DNA of 64,000 bases from Takakia lepidozioides (GCA_030704615.1 CM060731.1:90148001-90212000), one strand, 5' to 3'; counted from the stretch's first letter, positions 11,205 through 24,900 are shown. Notes: generated by a model not told the origin, from the letters alone. Made by a program: numbers and translations.

Positions 11205-12960
11205 AATGCGAATGCGGCGCCGCATGTTCCGTTAAGTACGATCACTCTGCTACACATCCGTACTTGTTGGAAGAAAATGCTCGGCACCGCAATTTCCGTT
11301 CCACCTTCACATCCCTTAGTTGTTGAACGGAAATACGGTGCCGCATTTTCCGTCCCACAGCTCAAGTATGAGATTCAGAAGGAAATGCGGCGCCGCATTT
11401 CCATGTTCCCACTTCACATACGTTAGTTGATGAATGGAAATGCCGTCCACATTTCCGTTCGGGAAAGTATTAGAGGTCTCACCTGGACAGAAATACGGTG
11501 TCGCATTTCCGGTCTGGAAGGTTTGAAGTCTCACCATGGATGGAAATGCGAATGGCAACACATTTCCGTAGCACAGCTCCAGGCCGAATATACAAAAACG
11601 AATGCGGCGCCGATTTCCGTTCGAGAATGTCGGAAGTGCGACATCGACGAAATGCGGTGCGCAGTTTTCTGTACCCGTTGCGCACGATTTTCAGTCAGAA
11701 TGGAAATGCGGTACCGCATTTCGTTCTGTAGAGTATTAACGTCTGACGCTGGCGGAAATGCGTTCCCGCATTTTCGTTTCCACAGCTCCATGCCTCACAT
11801 ACAAACGGAAATGCGGTGCCGCATTTCCGTTTTCGGGAATGTCGGATGGTGGGACTCCGACGGAAATGCCGGTAGCCGCATTTCAATTCGATGTTTCAGG
11901 ATATTTCATCAGAACGGAAATGCGGTGCCGCATTTCCCTTTTAAATCTAATACATTCCGTTCTGGAATGTTTGGGAGGTGCGACTCGGATGGAAATGCGC
12001 TGCCACATTTCAGTTTCGATGGTTCACGATTTTCAGTCAGAACGGAAATGCGGTGCCGCATTTCCGTTCTGGCCTGATGGTAGGTGCGACTCGGATGGAA
12101 ATACGATGCCGCAATTCAGTTCCGATGGTTCACGATTTTCAGTCAGAACGGAAATGCGGTGCGCATTTCCGTTCTGGAATGATGGTAGGTGCGACTCGGA
12201 TGGAAATACGGTGCCGCATTTCAGTTCAGATAGTTCGGATTTTCAGTCAGAACGGAAATGTGCGGTGCCGCATTCCGTTCTGGATAGTGTGAATGTCTCA
12301 ACCCGGTCGGAATTGCGCTGTATGAAGCTGTCGGAATCTTACTGGCTCCAGGCATCAGATACAAAATGGAAATGCGGCGCCGCATTTCCTTAATGGAATG
12401 TCGAAAAGTGCGACTTTGACGGAAATGCGGTGCCGCATTTCTGTTCCCGTTGTTCATAATTCTCAATCAGAACGAAATGCGGTACCGCATTTCCGTTCCA
12501 CCTTCACATACCGTGCTTGTTGAATGAAAATGCGGTACCGCATTTCCGTTCTCGAGAGTATGAATGTCTTTTAAGGACGGAAATGTGCTGCAGCATTTCT
12601 ATCCCTCAGCTCCATGCATCAGATACACAAAATGGAAATGCGGCACCGCATTCCCGTCTGGAATGTCGAAAAGTGCGACTCGGACGGAAATGCGGTGCCG
12701 CATTTCTGTTCCCGTTGTTCATAAATCTCAATCAGAACGGAAATGCGGTACCGCATTTCCGTTCCACCTTCACATACCGTGCTTGCTGGATGGAAATGCG
12801 TTACCGCATTTCCGTTCTGGAGAGTATAAAGGTTCCCCCGGACGGGAAACTCGGGTGCCGCATTTCCGTCGCTCTGGTGCATGACCAAGATGCAATACGG
12901 AAATGCGGCGCCGTATTTCCGTCCACCAGCAATCGACAGAATCACTCGTGACGGAAATCT
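11205..12960. repeat. Array of roughly 30 palindromes, (C)GGAAATGCGG-YR-CCGCATTTCC(G), spaced about 55-60 bp
   Basis: For example CGGAAATGCGGTACCGCATTTCCG at 12738-12761 and GGAAATGCGGCGCCGCATTTCC at 12368-12389. Spacers vary; the array ends about 400 bp upstream of the transposase ATG. Confidence 0.95.
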
Positions 12961-13350
12961 GGAACCTCAATGGGTTGCATTGTCATCGAAACACACAATT
13001 GCGGGCTTGATGAGCAACAACTGTGTTGTCTGACCGTTTTAACAGCAGTCCTGGCACTTGTCAGCGCGCGAACGTTCCTGTCTGCACCGAGAATACTGCT
13101 GGATCCACCCTCAGGAGAAACTGTCAGGAAGATGTTATTTCGTCGCCGAATCGGCCATCATTGTCCTACTCACTGGCTATCAATATCAAACCCCACCTTC
13201 ATGCATGTAGCTTGAAACAATACTTTCCACTTCAATGTGCGACTTCCAATTGTCGATGAGACCTCGCAGATCCACTTAGATGGTGCCTGTGAGGTCTTGG
13301 TATTGTCGCTATACTGAACCTCGCACTTGCCAACTCCGTGCGGTGTTTCG

Positions 13351-16300
13351 ATGGCTCCGAATTCCTACGCTATAGTTTGCTGTCCTCCGCAACTTGGGAG
13401 AGCCTGGATCCCAAACGAGGGAGGACTTTGCAGAGTGACTGAAACTTACCTTTGTTCCAAATTCAAGCTCAAACCGGGCACAGTTTATTTGGAAGAAGAA
13501 AGGAAGGATGTTCCTGGACAGGTTGACGAGACCATTGTCGTGCTAGGTAACGACGGAGGTTGCGGAATCGAATGGCACGTTCCCCGTCAGACACCATCTG
13601 TACCGAGCTGTGGGAATGCCCATTCCCTTCCGAATCAGTCGAGGAGTCCGGAAACCGAGAGTCGCCACTGCCAACAGATAGTATGCAACGATAATCAGTC
13701 CCCCCCGAGCCTGGACCGTCAAGACCCCTCCATAGCTTCTCGTGTGGACGTATTCGACATTTCGACGAGGAAGATGATTGCATTGAGGTACCCATGTCCT
13801 CCACACGGTTGTTCAAATCCGGCATGGACGTCTCTGTAGGTGCTACGCATGTGCCCTCGAGCATACTCCAACCCGGTCCATTGTGCAGCTCTCCTACGAC
13901 AACATCCCTCGATGGTTCTCGCTCCGAGCTGGCTGCTCTCACTATGCCAAATTCCCAGTCAGAAAGGTAACTTTTCTGCCTCCCGAAGTCGATGGCAATG
14001 TCATCTTCGAGTTTCCACCTGTTTCTTCGTAAAGAAAGCCTCGGGATGTTAACAGACATGGATCGAAAGCATGACGGACACCCTGGTGTGTGACGAGAAC
14101 CAGTAGCACGAAAATTGCTGATGGTGTTCGTGTACGATATGTCCTCTGTGCGGGGAAGCTGAGGTGCCTCAATCCCACCTGCTTCCACTTTCTCTCCAAA
14201 GGAGGGCGGAGAAACGAGACGGATTGGACTGGCACAACGCCATCCATTCATTGTCTCCAGCCAAGCTCCTGCGGGTTCTTTCAAGTGTGCACATTGCAAA
14301 GAACCACCGACGTGCATGCCATGTGCAGAGCCAAGCAATATTACGTTATCCATTTGCTCCCGGACTTGACTAGAGCTTGCATACACGTTGGGGTCCACTG
14401 CCACCCCTTGGCGAGAGGCAACATGCGTGAGGCTGTGCAGGAAGCACACGACATCATAAAAGAGGAGTGAAATTGAGCCCCGGAGCCAGACCAAAGCAGA
14501 TTCAGCTGAAGGCAGCCCACAAGATTGCTCTTGGCAAAATCATGTCTGAAGATGGTTCCGACCGAGAGCCTTGACCGAAGACGAGATGCGTGACCTCTTG
14601 GAGTCCGTCTCGCACGTTTGTAGTCCGAATGTGCGGAATCACATCGTATCTTGCAAGCAGGAGTTCGGCAGGGGTCGGACATGTACTCATCCTGGAGGTG
14701 AAACGAATGACTGGATATGACTACATCCAGGTAGCAGGTTTCCAGGGCAAGGCAGCGAATCCGATCGTTGTTTACATTTTCAAAAATGTCGACGTGTGGG
14801 CCTGGGAGTGGAGTCGACTTGGTCACTCGCATGACAACTGGAAACTTGTCGAATGCTTGGGTGATGTTGATCACATCAAGCGAATTACAAACCATCAGTG
14901 GGTGACTATGGGTGCGCATGTTTATGACTATCACTCCAAGAGGCTCATGACGATTGCAATCTGCGAGATGAAAGGGGAGGACACACAGTCCGAGAATGCA
15001 TCTGTGGGAGGGCATAAACCAGCAGATGGCAAGGGCGGGGATTGCCAGAGCCCAATTTCAGGGGATTCATGGCAGACAACGCTCAGGCCAACTGGGCAGC
15101 GGTGCGGCGTGTGTACGGTGAGGACCCCATGTTCCAATGGAGGGGAAAGAGAGATCCTGTGGATTCCATTGGATGCAGAGTCTATCCCACTACACTACCA
15201 ATTTTTTGCTAGCTCATTCCAGGCTGAACACCGTGTCCTTTGTACGGCGTGGAAGGATGCACCCACATTTGATGACGCGGAGGTTAAGTTTGCTATCATC
15301 GAGGCTTTGGTGGAACACGTCAGGTGCAGTGGAGACAACCAATCTGGGAGCATTGCACAGCTGGTTGGGGTGGTGGCATTTTCGGGTATCGACAGTTCGG
15401 ACAGTACATGCGGGAGGTAGGCTGCTGTCATTTTCGTTCATTTGTCTTTCTGTTACGGACATTTCGATTTGTCCCTCACCGTTGTTTGTGTCCTTCTAGG
15501 AGCGGTGCTTGGATTCCGACACGGACATGCCGAACACGAATATGGCAGAATCGGTCCACTCCTCCTGGCGAGCGTCTTCTGCCGCACATCTGGTGGACGT
15601 AGTGACGGCCACACACGGAGGACATCGACAGAGCATCATGCAGCAAGCACGTACTACTACAATTCCTGAGCGGCAAACAATGGGGCTTTGGGCCGGACAG
15701 GGAGGAATTGTTGGTACGAACAGCTTCGAGGTCCAAGAATCCAGTGAAATGGGCGACAGCATTGCGAGAGAAGATCAAGGGACGCCTCTGCACCGCAGAG
15801 GTGAACACCTAGAGGGGGACGTCCGGACTCGCCCTGTCAGGCGGAGGATTGAAGAGGAACCCGGGTGCGAAGAGGATTCCTGGAGATCCGACAGGAACAT
15901 TCGGACAGCACCTCGAGGTCCCGTCATGTTGCCGCACAATGTGTCTTCCAGCAGTGGAAGCCCAAGAAATTCCAGATCGCCGTCGCCTTCACCGGGGATT
16001 TCGTGCACAATTCCCACCGCTCCCTTGCCCCACATTCCGCCCGCTGTTATATGCAGTATGCCAAGCCATTGTGGAGACGACTGTGTCTGCCTCACAGTGG
16101 AGAATTGCTCGCACAAAGCCGTCGTTTCGAGGAAGGTGTTCCGCAATTCGTGGTGTCACGGCAACGTTGTTTAGAGATGATAAGGAGGAATCCAGATGGG
16201 GCTGTCCCTGCTCCTACTTTTACAGGAAGATTTGTCCATGCAAAGTTTGCGGAGGCGACACCACCCAGTTCTGGTTCTGCAGGCACGACATTATGACTTG

Positions 16301-16922
16301 CGTGTATGGAAGCCCAGTACGGCATACAGACAATGCCAGAGGCTCCCCCGGTGTGGCCGTGGAACCAGGCTGCGATCTGAGTCAGGTTGAGGCCGACGCC
16401 CTTACCGCCGCAGGATTTCGGATGGTGCAGCGCACTGACGTGCCCAGACAACCATTTCCGCTTCCCAGCCTCCACCACCGACCCCTGTGAGAGCAAGAAC
16501 AATGGGACACGACAGCTCTAAGCATCCTACACACCGTTGGGGGAAACAAGAAGAGGCGGCGACCTCCCTCAAAAGTGAACGAGACAAGGATGGGGAATGC
16601 ACTTCGGATGAACTGTACAATCCAGAGCTCGACAGAAGTGCCCCCACCAGGATTCGGGCGTGTGTATCAGATGGCCACGGCGGGCTCAGCTGTTCGCAAT
16701 GAGGTGTACACCATCACCATTTCAGAATTACCCACCTGCAATTGCACCGACTTCCAGATCATGGCGAACAAGGGGGCATCATACTGCCCTTGCAAGCATT
16801 TGTACTACGTGTACCTAAAGAGACTCCGTTGTAATTCCACAACTCATCACTTCATACATGCACCAGGGTTGAGCCCCCAGGAGGTTCACACTCTTCTGAA
16901 TATGGATCCAGGGGACCAGTGA
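13351..16922 (+). pseudogene. Mutator-like DDE transposase (GCM/WRKY-like Zn domain, DDE core, SWIM) with many 1-nt frameshifts
   Basis: MDRKHDGHP, RYVLCAGKLRC...HVGVHCHP, DHIKR, FMADNAQANW, ERSCGFHW (CxxH), WLGWWHFR, intron 15417-15499, TNMAESVH (catalytic E) and a C-terminal SWIM. Confidence 0.85.
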
Positions 16923-18254
16923 GCTTGGCTTGCGGTCCCAATACATGGTACGCCCATCGGATAGTAGAACTGTACTGCTGCCAGTACCTCAGACTCTGGC
17001 CACACAAAGGTCCGACATATGTCTTGCCTACCAGTAACCTGTTTTGATCGAACTAAGATATTACTATATCGTTCACTTTGTTTCCACGTGCATGTATTTT
17101 TGTATGTTGGAGGGTTCATGTTTTTGCTTTCCGAAAACTTGCTCTCCCCATTCGACCTCCGACAAGGAAATGCGGCGCCGAATTTCCAAGTATCGTCGTA
17201 GGTACCCCCAGAGGCGGCCTTCGCCAACACCAACCCGCTCCGAAATTTCGCACGTGCGAACCCTAATGCGGCACCCTATTTCCCAGTTCAGTTGCAAACC
17301 TTTCCCGCCGAATACCCGAAGAAGACAGAATTGTGAAGTACTGCAGACTGTATTGGTGCAGACTCCATTGGTTCAATCGCGGCAAAAGGGTCAGCTTCAT
17401 TCCAATGTTAAGGCATGTAAACCGCGGAATCCTCTATACAGGCCAGTATGCGACGTCCTTTGCAGTGGTATACTGGATTTCCCGTTGCACGGTCACTTAT
17501 TTCCATGAGCGGATCTATAAAACCATGAGCGGACTTGTTACTGACGACATATCTTCGCCGCATTACATGATCTGGAACGTCCAAAAACGGCAAGGTCAAA
17601 TAAAAAACTATTATTTTAATACTTGTTTAATCTGCCGCATTTCCAAATTTGGAGGAGTCCGCTCATGAAATCCGCGTATCTTAGACTTCGGCTCACCGCT
17701 CATGCGGCTCATGCGGCTCATGGCTCATGGCTCATGGTTTCTGCTCATGAAATAGTAAACCTCATTTGGACACCTAACCTTATAGTCGGTGCAAACTATA
17801 AGCACTCGATAGTAGTGCCCTCTGCTACGCTATCGTCGGTGCAGGCTACACACTGAATGTTCAGCTTGGGTCAGCTGAACCTCATGTGAACGCAGCCAAT
17901 ATCAACACATTTACGAGAACTGTGGAAACCTTATATCTTATAGTCGGTGCAGACTATAAGATAAAATACTGCCATTCCAACCGATTCCGGCATCTGCAAT
18001 GCTATAGTCGGTACAGACTACACAAACAATGGTCTGCTCATGTGTGCTGTCAGCGGAGTCACTATGAAAGCAATGTTTAGCTCATGTGAGCGGATATATA
18101 TCCACTAACTGATAGTTTTACAAAGAGAACATAAAATGGTTCCGATGGAACCGTAATAGTCGGTACAGACTATAAAATCCGGGCTTTGCTCACGTGAGTA
18201 AAGCCGAAATAAGTGGGCGTAAAAAGACATTGCATGGAAAAACTGAATTCTTAC

Positions 18255-19669
18255 ATTGCGAACATAGCCTCCAAGTTGATAGTAGCGGTATGTCCACCAC
18301 GACAGCCAGCTCTCCAGCGCGGGAACATCTTCATCTCGAGCGGCACCCGAAGAGGACCACCATGCTCGGATGGCCAAAAATGTGACCTCTGCTTCTGCCT
18401 CAGTGTTGGACTGATTTTGGCCTTGCAGAGGGTGACCTATGGATTTCTTCAGCAACTGCACATTTTGCTTTTGCAGCTGCTTCCCTACATGCTCCAGGTG
18501 CAGATGGGTGTGAATGAATGCCCACATGCACGGCTGCTCTGGTCATCGTTGGTGGTCCTACGACATAGAACATTTTGGCCCGGCAGGTGTGCATGCATGT
18601 AGGTGGATGGTTGCACAGAGAACAGATGAAGGTGTTCGGGGGCACATGGCTTTGCGATTTGAACTGACCATCGTAATGCCCCATCTAGTGAATCTCGTTG
18701 TGGGTGCCCTCCCTGAGGAAGAATGGGCACGTTCCACGAACACATCTCAGCGCACCAACACAGTATACATACCTGCAATGACAATGCGAGTCAATGGACG
18801 GCAATAGCCAGTGAACATCTTAGGCAGAAACTGCACTTTGGAAGTCGGTGCCGACTACAAGACCACACTTGGCAATGAGCAGGAAAAAAAAACCTCACCT
18901 GACTGCGCCGCCTTTTGTGCCAATGATAGGAAGCTTCAAGATGGTTGTCTTTGTCACCGCCCATGGATTCCCGTCGTACTTGCGGTCCATGCCGTCAAGC
19001 TGACCTGCTGGGGATGTGTTCAACGTTGGTGGAAGCTTGTACAAACATCACCGTCAATGATCCTTGGCAGGCACTTCACCTGCTTCACTTCTATTTCTTC
19101 GAAGTTGACCTTCCCCAACTGGGATTTGGAATCAAGGTGGAGAAGCTTCAGCACATCCACTATGGATGGGCCGGAGTGACGAAAAGTGGCTTTGTTGCCA
19201 ACAAACTCGCCGCGCGGCACCTTTTTGGGAGGTGAGGCCGATGCTGGAAAATTGGGCTCCACCCTTCACTGCTGGATTTCAGAATGACGCAATCCTCTGA
19301 CTCCCCACTAGACAGCTCAATGCTTTCCGTTTTTGGTTGGCGAAGCTGAGAAACAGAAGCAGCAGTGGTAGGTTCACGTGTCGTGGATTGCCTATCCAAA
19401 GTAGCAGGTGTTCCAAACACTCTATATTGCACTTCACCTGTAAATGGTTGAACCCACGATTTTTTGTCATTGTCTTGAATTGGATCCAAAATGCGATATA
19501 GTCTGTTGGAACCATCACCGATCTCCGGCTCTTCAACAACTAGGGAGAATAGGTCGATACAAAATCTGCCCCGAATTACTTTGTCCTTGAGGAAGACATA
19601 CTGTCCCTCAGCCATTACCTTGATGTCGTCCGTGCCAGGTGGGCAGTTCAGCAGCACGAAGGAATCCAT
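18255..19669 (-). pseudogene. Second, diverged MULE-like transposase with the DDE core deleted
   Basis: MDSFVLLNCPPG, DGMDRKYDGNPW, YVYCVGALRC, HVGIHSHP, then a jump to IRAWWSSSGAA...WLSWWTYRYYQLGGYVRN followed by a GT donor at the same position as the element 1 intron. Confidence 0.8.
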
Positions 19670-20780
19670 GATCGCCTGCCTCAATACTGCGCCACACTGC
19701 TGTCCAACACGCCCGGGTGGGGTACACTGGCAAATGCTGAGAGCGTGTGAACACTCACACCCCTGTCCTGCGAGCAACAGCAGGCATGCATGGAATCTAT
19801 GCAACGGACTAACGAACTGTACTATCAACGGTAAAAAATCAATTAGAATTCATCCGTATGTGTTCAATAGTATTTTTCCATCCGTCTCCATCCACTGAGG
19901 ATTCTGGTGGCAACGGTCGACGTGGATCTCAAGTGGAAGAGGCACACCCTATCTGCAAGTTTCCCACCACAAGGGATGTGTTCTCGCGCTTATCCAACGC
20001 ATTTCTTTTGAGCTGCGTGCATTAATTCTTCGAAGAGAAACTCAGTCTCACCAATTGGACGAAGAACAAAGACCGGAATGGAATACTGCCACAAATGGAC
20101 TGCTTGAAGTTGTTGACAACTTCAAGCAAAAGTGCTGATATTGACAGCAAAAGCTGCACATGGCAGTTCATGGGAGACGCAACTATACGAAGATAAGAAA
20201 TACCCATGGACACACCCACACCGTTGCGCAGCTTCTAGGGCCACGGTGGGTGTTAGTCGGCACTGACTTTATTCAACGCCTCTCTGTAGCGGCATACGTA
20301 GGGGAAGGCGGCAACAACTATCCCCTCGAATCATGACAAAAATTGCATAATTGGGATGTAGTCGCTGCCGACTACAAGAATTTTAAAACAATATGCCCAA
20401 TTCCGTAGTTTCCATGACACTTTCATTATGAGGATAAAATATAATTCGGACGAAATCAATGTTTAATTAACATGTAGTCGGCAACGACTACAATACTGTA
20501 TGTATATTGTGGAGTACTTGAGCCGGAATACTTTAGAAAATGATTGTCCACCTGGGCACACGGATGAAAATGAGGCGCCCATTTTTCATCCACGGGGAGC
20601 GGGATGAAGAGGTTAGGGGAGGACAGGCGGGCAGGTGGCACCCAGGTTGCAGTGCCTACATTTTGTGGAGCCGCCAGTGACATATGCGTGTCACGAGGGG
20701 GAAGTTCAAATATCTTGTGTGGTCTCTGCAACGTCATTCTCATTGAGAGTACAGACGGACTTCGCCCCTCCTTTGCAAGG

Positions 20781-21365
20781 ATGTCGTGCTTCCGGAACCA
20801 AAACCACTGCCCTTATGGAGGCGTGGATTATGCACTGTTTGCGCCGACATCGGGAGACGTCCTTATCTGGCTGACAGATTTCACAGACGAGTCTGGGACG
20901 AAGCGGGAATCATTGACAACGCTGGAGTATTTGCCAGGCTACTACGCTTTCAAGAGGGGTGAGGATCTAGGTCTGTCGAGTCCGTGGCTCCTCCACATCC
21001 TTGACTCCGATTTTCCCACCTACGGTGGGCGGGCAGGCAGAGTGCGCACGGCTAAGCTTTGGTGGTGGAATTGCTGCCAGTGGACCTGGGAGGAATCCAT
21101 CGAAGAGACGTATACTTCTGAATGAAGTACTTCCTCTTATCCAGTGTATGGGGACGTTCGCATTGGGATGGAGGACGAAACGCATGGAGACTGCGGGCCC
21201 ACAACACTGAAGCTTTTGATATTTGATGGTGGTTTGATTGAAGGGCACGACATTGTTGTCAACTTGAACAGGGGTGCGACAACGGCTGCAATCCACTTTA
21301 CCTGGAGGAGCCCCATGACTCATGAGCTGGTCGTCAGACCAGTCGAAGTTCCGTCGACTTCGTGA
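20781..21365 (+). pseudogene. Unknown ~195-codon ORF with one internal TGA, divergent from transposase 2
   Basis: ORFs 20604-21125 and 21144-21365 are in the same frame; composition looks globular; no recognised motif. Confidence 0.4.
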
Positions 21366-21573
21366 CTTCTATTCAAAAGGCATATGCTTTAGAGTTGCAT
21401 GCACCATGAGTAGAGTTGACGTGCTTCATATGCAACTCATGTGGATCAATAAAAAAACCCATTGTGCCCTCTCATATGTGGAATCTGCATCTTTCGTTCT
21501 CACAATGTCGCACTCGTCATATCGTTTGGGATTGGGATCGGGGGTGGATTATGGAAGTGGCTGGCAGGCTGTA

Positions 21574-21642
21574 ATTGACGCCGATTGTAGTCAGCACTAC
21601 CACCTTGGAAGGGTGGTAGTGATGACTACAATCGGCGTCGAT
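21574..21642. repeat. ~70-bp near-perfect hairpin
   Basis: ATTGACGCCGATTGTAGTCAGCACTACCACC-ttggaag-GGTGGTAGTGATGACTACAATCGGCGTCGAT. Confidence 0.9.
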
Positions 21643-21989
21643 TGAAATGGTTAATTTGCCTAGAAGGACATAGTCGGAGCCGACTATGGAGTCCATGACA
21701 CCCAAAGTCGAGGCTCTTGGCCACAAGCTCCCTAATTTAACGTTCACACTACTGCGCCCCATCATACCCTATCCGCCAATGTGCCGCCGTAGGGTTCGTT
21801 GCACTGTTCTCCGTATGAAGTACGAGTATATCTTCCGGGGAGGGAAATAGAATGTGTCCATTGTCACGTACAACAAAGACAAAAAAGATTCCATATACAA
21901 GAATATGGTAGAGGACAATAGGCACAATCAATCGTAGTATGAGCACACCCTGCACTCTTCATGGTAGTCGGCACAGACTCGTGCGTCCT

Positions 21990-24900
21990 CTCCTCTGTTT
22001 GTATTGGTCTACGGAAAGTCGGCAGCGCGCAACCCCTGGCATCCAAACACTCCTTTCACCATTCACCGTCCCACTTTAAGTCCTATAAACTTGCTTGTGA
22101 AACACTTATACTTCTATGTTGTGGTGACATTCACGTAAACCCAGGCCCCTATACCATCACCAGCATCATCAACAAGCTTCCCAAATACCATCAAGAAATA
22201 TATGAATTATACTTCCAAAAAGACACTGTTTCACTCGTACCTGCGTATCAACACCTGAGTGACCACTTCTCTCCCTTTCTTCCCAACCCTTCCACCAATA
22301 ACCGCAAACCCACACACCCAATTGCCACCTTTGGGCTGCCAGCCTACCAAAACCCATCTCTAGTCAATGCCACACTTAAACTAAACACGTACCCTATACA
22401 ACACCTCATATTCTCACTAATCATCACCATCTCCCCAATACCCTCAATATGTGATGACTACTTTAAAACCCAACCAGACACACACGTATGTTCACTACTA
22501 CAACAACTGCACAATTTACCCACACTACCCCATAGCTACCTAGCACCCCCACACTACCTGCATAGCCTCCACGAATCTCTCAATCTACTACAAACCAAGC
22601 CTGGAGAAGTCCATAGCATATTGGGGATCACCTGGCACACCCAACTGCAACCACAAAAGAACTAGATACTATCGCCAACAAATTCCCATTCCTCTCCGAA
22701 AAAATTCTCACTGCAACCCGACAAGCCAAAGCAGGCATCCCTGGATATCAACCCCCGCCCATGACATCACCACCTACCCCCCCACCCGGCATACACAGCC
22801 CCGCCATATTCCCAACCCCAGAACCCCCTAGATCCTCTAGTCCTCCACACACCTCCCCCTCCCAACATGCACACTCACTCAACATAACAACTTGGGATGT
22901 AGGGTCACTTGCCACCAGCATTCAAAGCGTAATCCATCTCACGGACTCTACACCCCCGCATATCATCCTATTACAAGAAACTAAACTCAACACACACAAC
23001 CCCAATAGTTCCTATATCAACAAACTCCTCTCAGCCTACTATATGTTGTATGGTAACTCATTCACAGCCGCACAGTGCCTAACCAGACGCTCCGCACCAT
23101 ACCATCCTACCGTGGCAGGGTGGCTTTCGGTATCCTCCGCACACATCACTACCCTAGCACCACGGTCAAAATACCTGTCGCTCTCCCTTCTCCAATCACA
23201 CCTCCAAATCATCAAACTACACCTCCCCGCGCCCCCCCCCATTATCCTTATACACTTATACATGCCCTCACACGTTGAAGATCTCCCCCTAATCCCTGAT
23301 ATCTTACTCACCATCTCCAACACACTAACCCAATCCTCCACCCACTCCCAGCACTACATTCTAGCAGGCAATTTCAACAAGGACATTGCCCTCATGGGTC
23401 ACACATACAATGGTATACATAAAACTCCATCCTCAGCAGACCATGAATGGGCAAAATTTACTCAATCACACCACCTCCATTATATACCTGCCGACCACCA
23501 CTATTCCAGACTTGAGGTGGACTCAACTACTCCTCCTTAAGCCTTCTTGACGGCTTCTACCTAAAGACAGAAAATGAGATCCCAACGTACCTTAACAGTC
23601 ATGTGCACATTAATAGCTTATGCAACTCAGACCACTACCCCATTTTAGTAACCTTCCCACCATCCCTCATCCCCTTTAGATCTATTCCACCCATACATGT
23701 TCCACCGCCGCAATCTAGGATTTTATCCCCACTCCCCCAAAATAACATAGCCACCTTTCTAAAACACTTCCAACCAACATCCTCACACCTTATGCTAAAA
23801 CTCTCCAACATACTCTCCGAAGCAAACCTCGTGCAATCCCCTAACAAAGCCTGGATCAAATTCGAGATCATGCTCACAACTTCAATGCAAGAAATGACCA
23901 AAAGTGTCATTGTCACCTGCTTTGCCCCTCCCGAAATTTTGCAAACTACACGCTCAAAACAAAATGGTGGCTACCTTATCCGTACTCAGAAACGTACATG
24001 GACATCACATCTTAACACATACCACACGATCAGACGCGCCCTCACTATTATACCCACCAAGTGCTACCCCCATACACCCAGGGAATAACTGGACAAGGGA
24101 TCCCCGTATCACTTGCCTAAATACCCTAACAACATGTCAAGCACTTATGCCTCCACCTGACAATCCCCAAGATATTCCCAACTGGATAGCTGCTCTCTCC
24201 AAAGTTGGAAGAGATGCAAAAAAATCCGCTTACAATATTACCAAACAAAAAGCCGCCGCCAATCACAAAAAAATTGTCTCCTCTTTTAACCAACTGCTAC
24301 ACGACCACCCCAAAAAAACTCACAAAGCCATCTTTAACCTTGCCTTCAACCCACCCATCGACTGTCTCAAATACTTGCTAACCAACCCAACAGACATCAA
24401 CCAAGAAATATGGTCACAAGCATCCTCAACCTACACACCCACAGTTACAAACTATTTACGTCCCAGTCTCCACATTGCCAACTGTATGTGTAAAGCTAAA
24501 CACTATCCAAGGCATGATATAGATGGCTTCTAAATAGACAACAGGGGATCCCCAACGGATCGCATTCTAGACTTATTCACAATTGATCTCTACGAATCAT
24601 ATCTTAAAAAACTATCTAAATCTAAAGCCCCGGGCCCTGATCTTATACCAAATGCCATACTTCAAGCATTGGACCCTCAACTTCATCACCTCCTTTTTAA
24701 TTTTTTCCAACTATGTTACAAACTGAAACGAATTCCATACTCCTAGAAGCATAACCGCACTATTTTACTCTTTAAAAAAGGTGACCTTACAGATCTCAGT
24801 AATGACAGGCCCATAGCATTGGCCAACACCATATACAAGCTATTCACTAGCACGCTCACCACAATGCTCTCAAGCTATGGCGAACAACACCAAATTCTCA

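Larger units (their letters stand above)
11183..17763 (+). mobile_element. MULE-like element 1 (copy B): palindrome array, transposase and G-rich end
   Basis: Homology with copy A stops exactly at 17763/9093, which defines the element end; the 5' end is lost in the gap. Confidence 0.8.
17782..21980. repeat. Dispersed palindromes TAGTCGG-NN-CCGACTA associated with transposase 2
   Basis: Copies or variants near 17782, 17939, 18003, 18156, 18843, 20255, 20358, 20475, 21670 and 21964; further copies at 39209 and 40300-40450. Confidence 0.85.

Noticed and set aside
9939-11426. Long ORFs spanning the gap
   Set aside because: Artefacts of reading through N; only 9939-10682 is supportable.
11205-12960. 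CRISPR array or coding repeat ORFs (EMRCRIS / RKCGAAF / GNAVPHF)
   Set aside because: Repeats are degenerate, spacers are related, and the ORFs in all frames are by-products of the palindrome.
9093-17763. Single element with 1.6-kb TIRs
   Set aside because: The outer flanks (ACATCCGTGC and ATTTGGACAC) form no TSD, the repeat includes transposase coding sequence, and it abuts an assembly gap.
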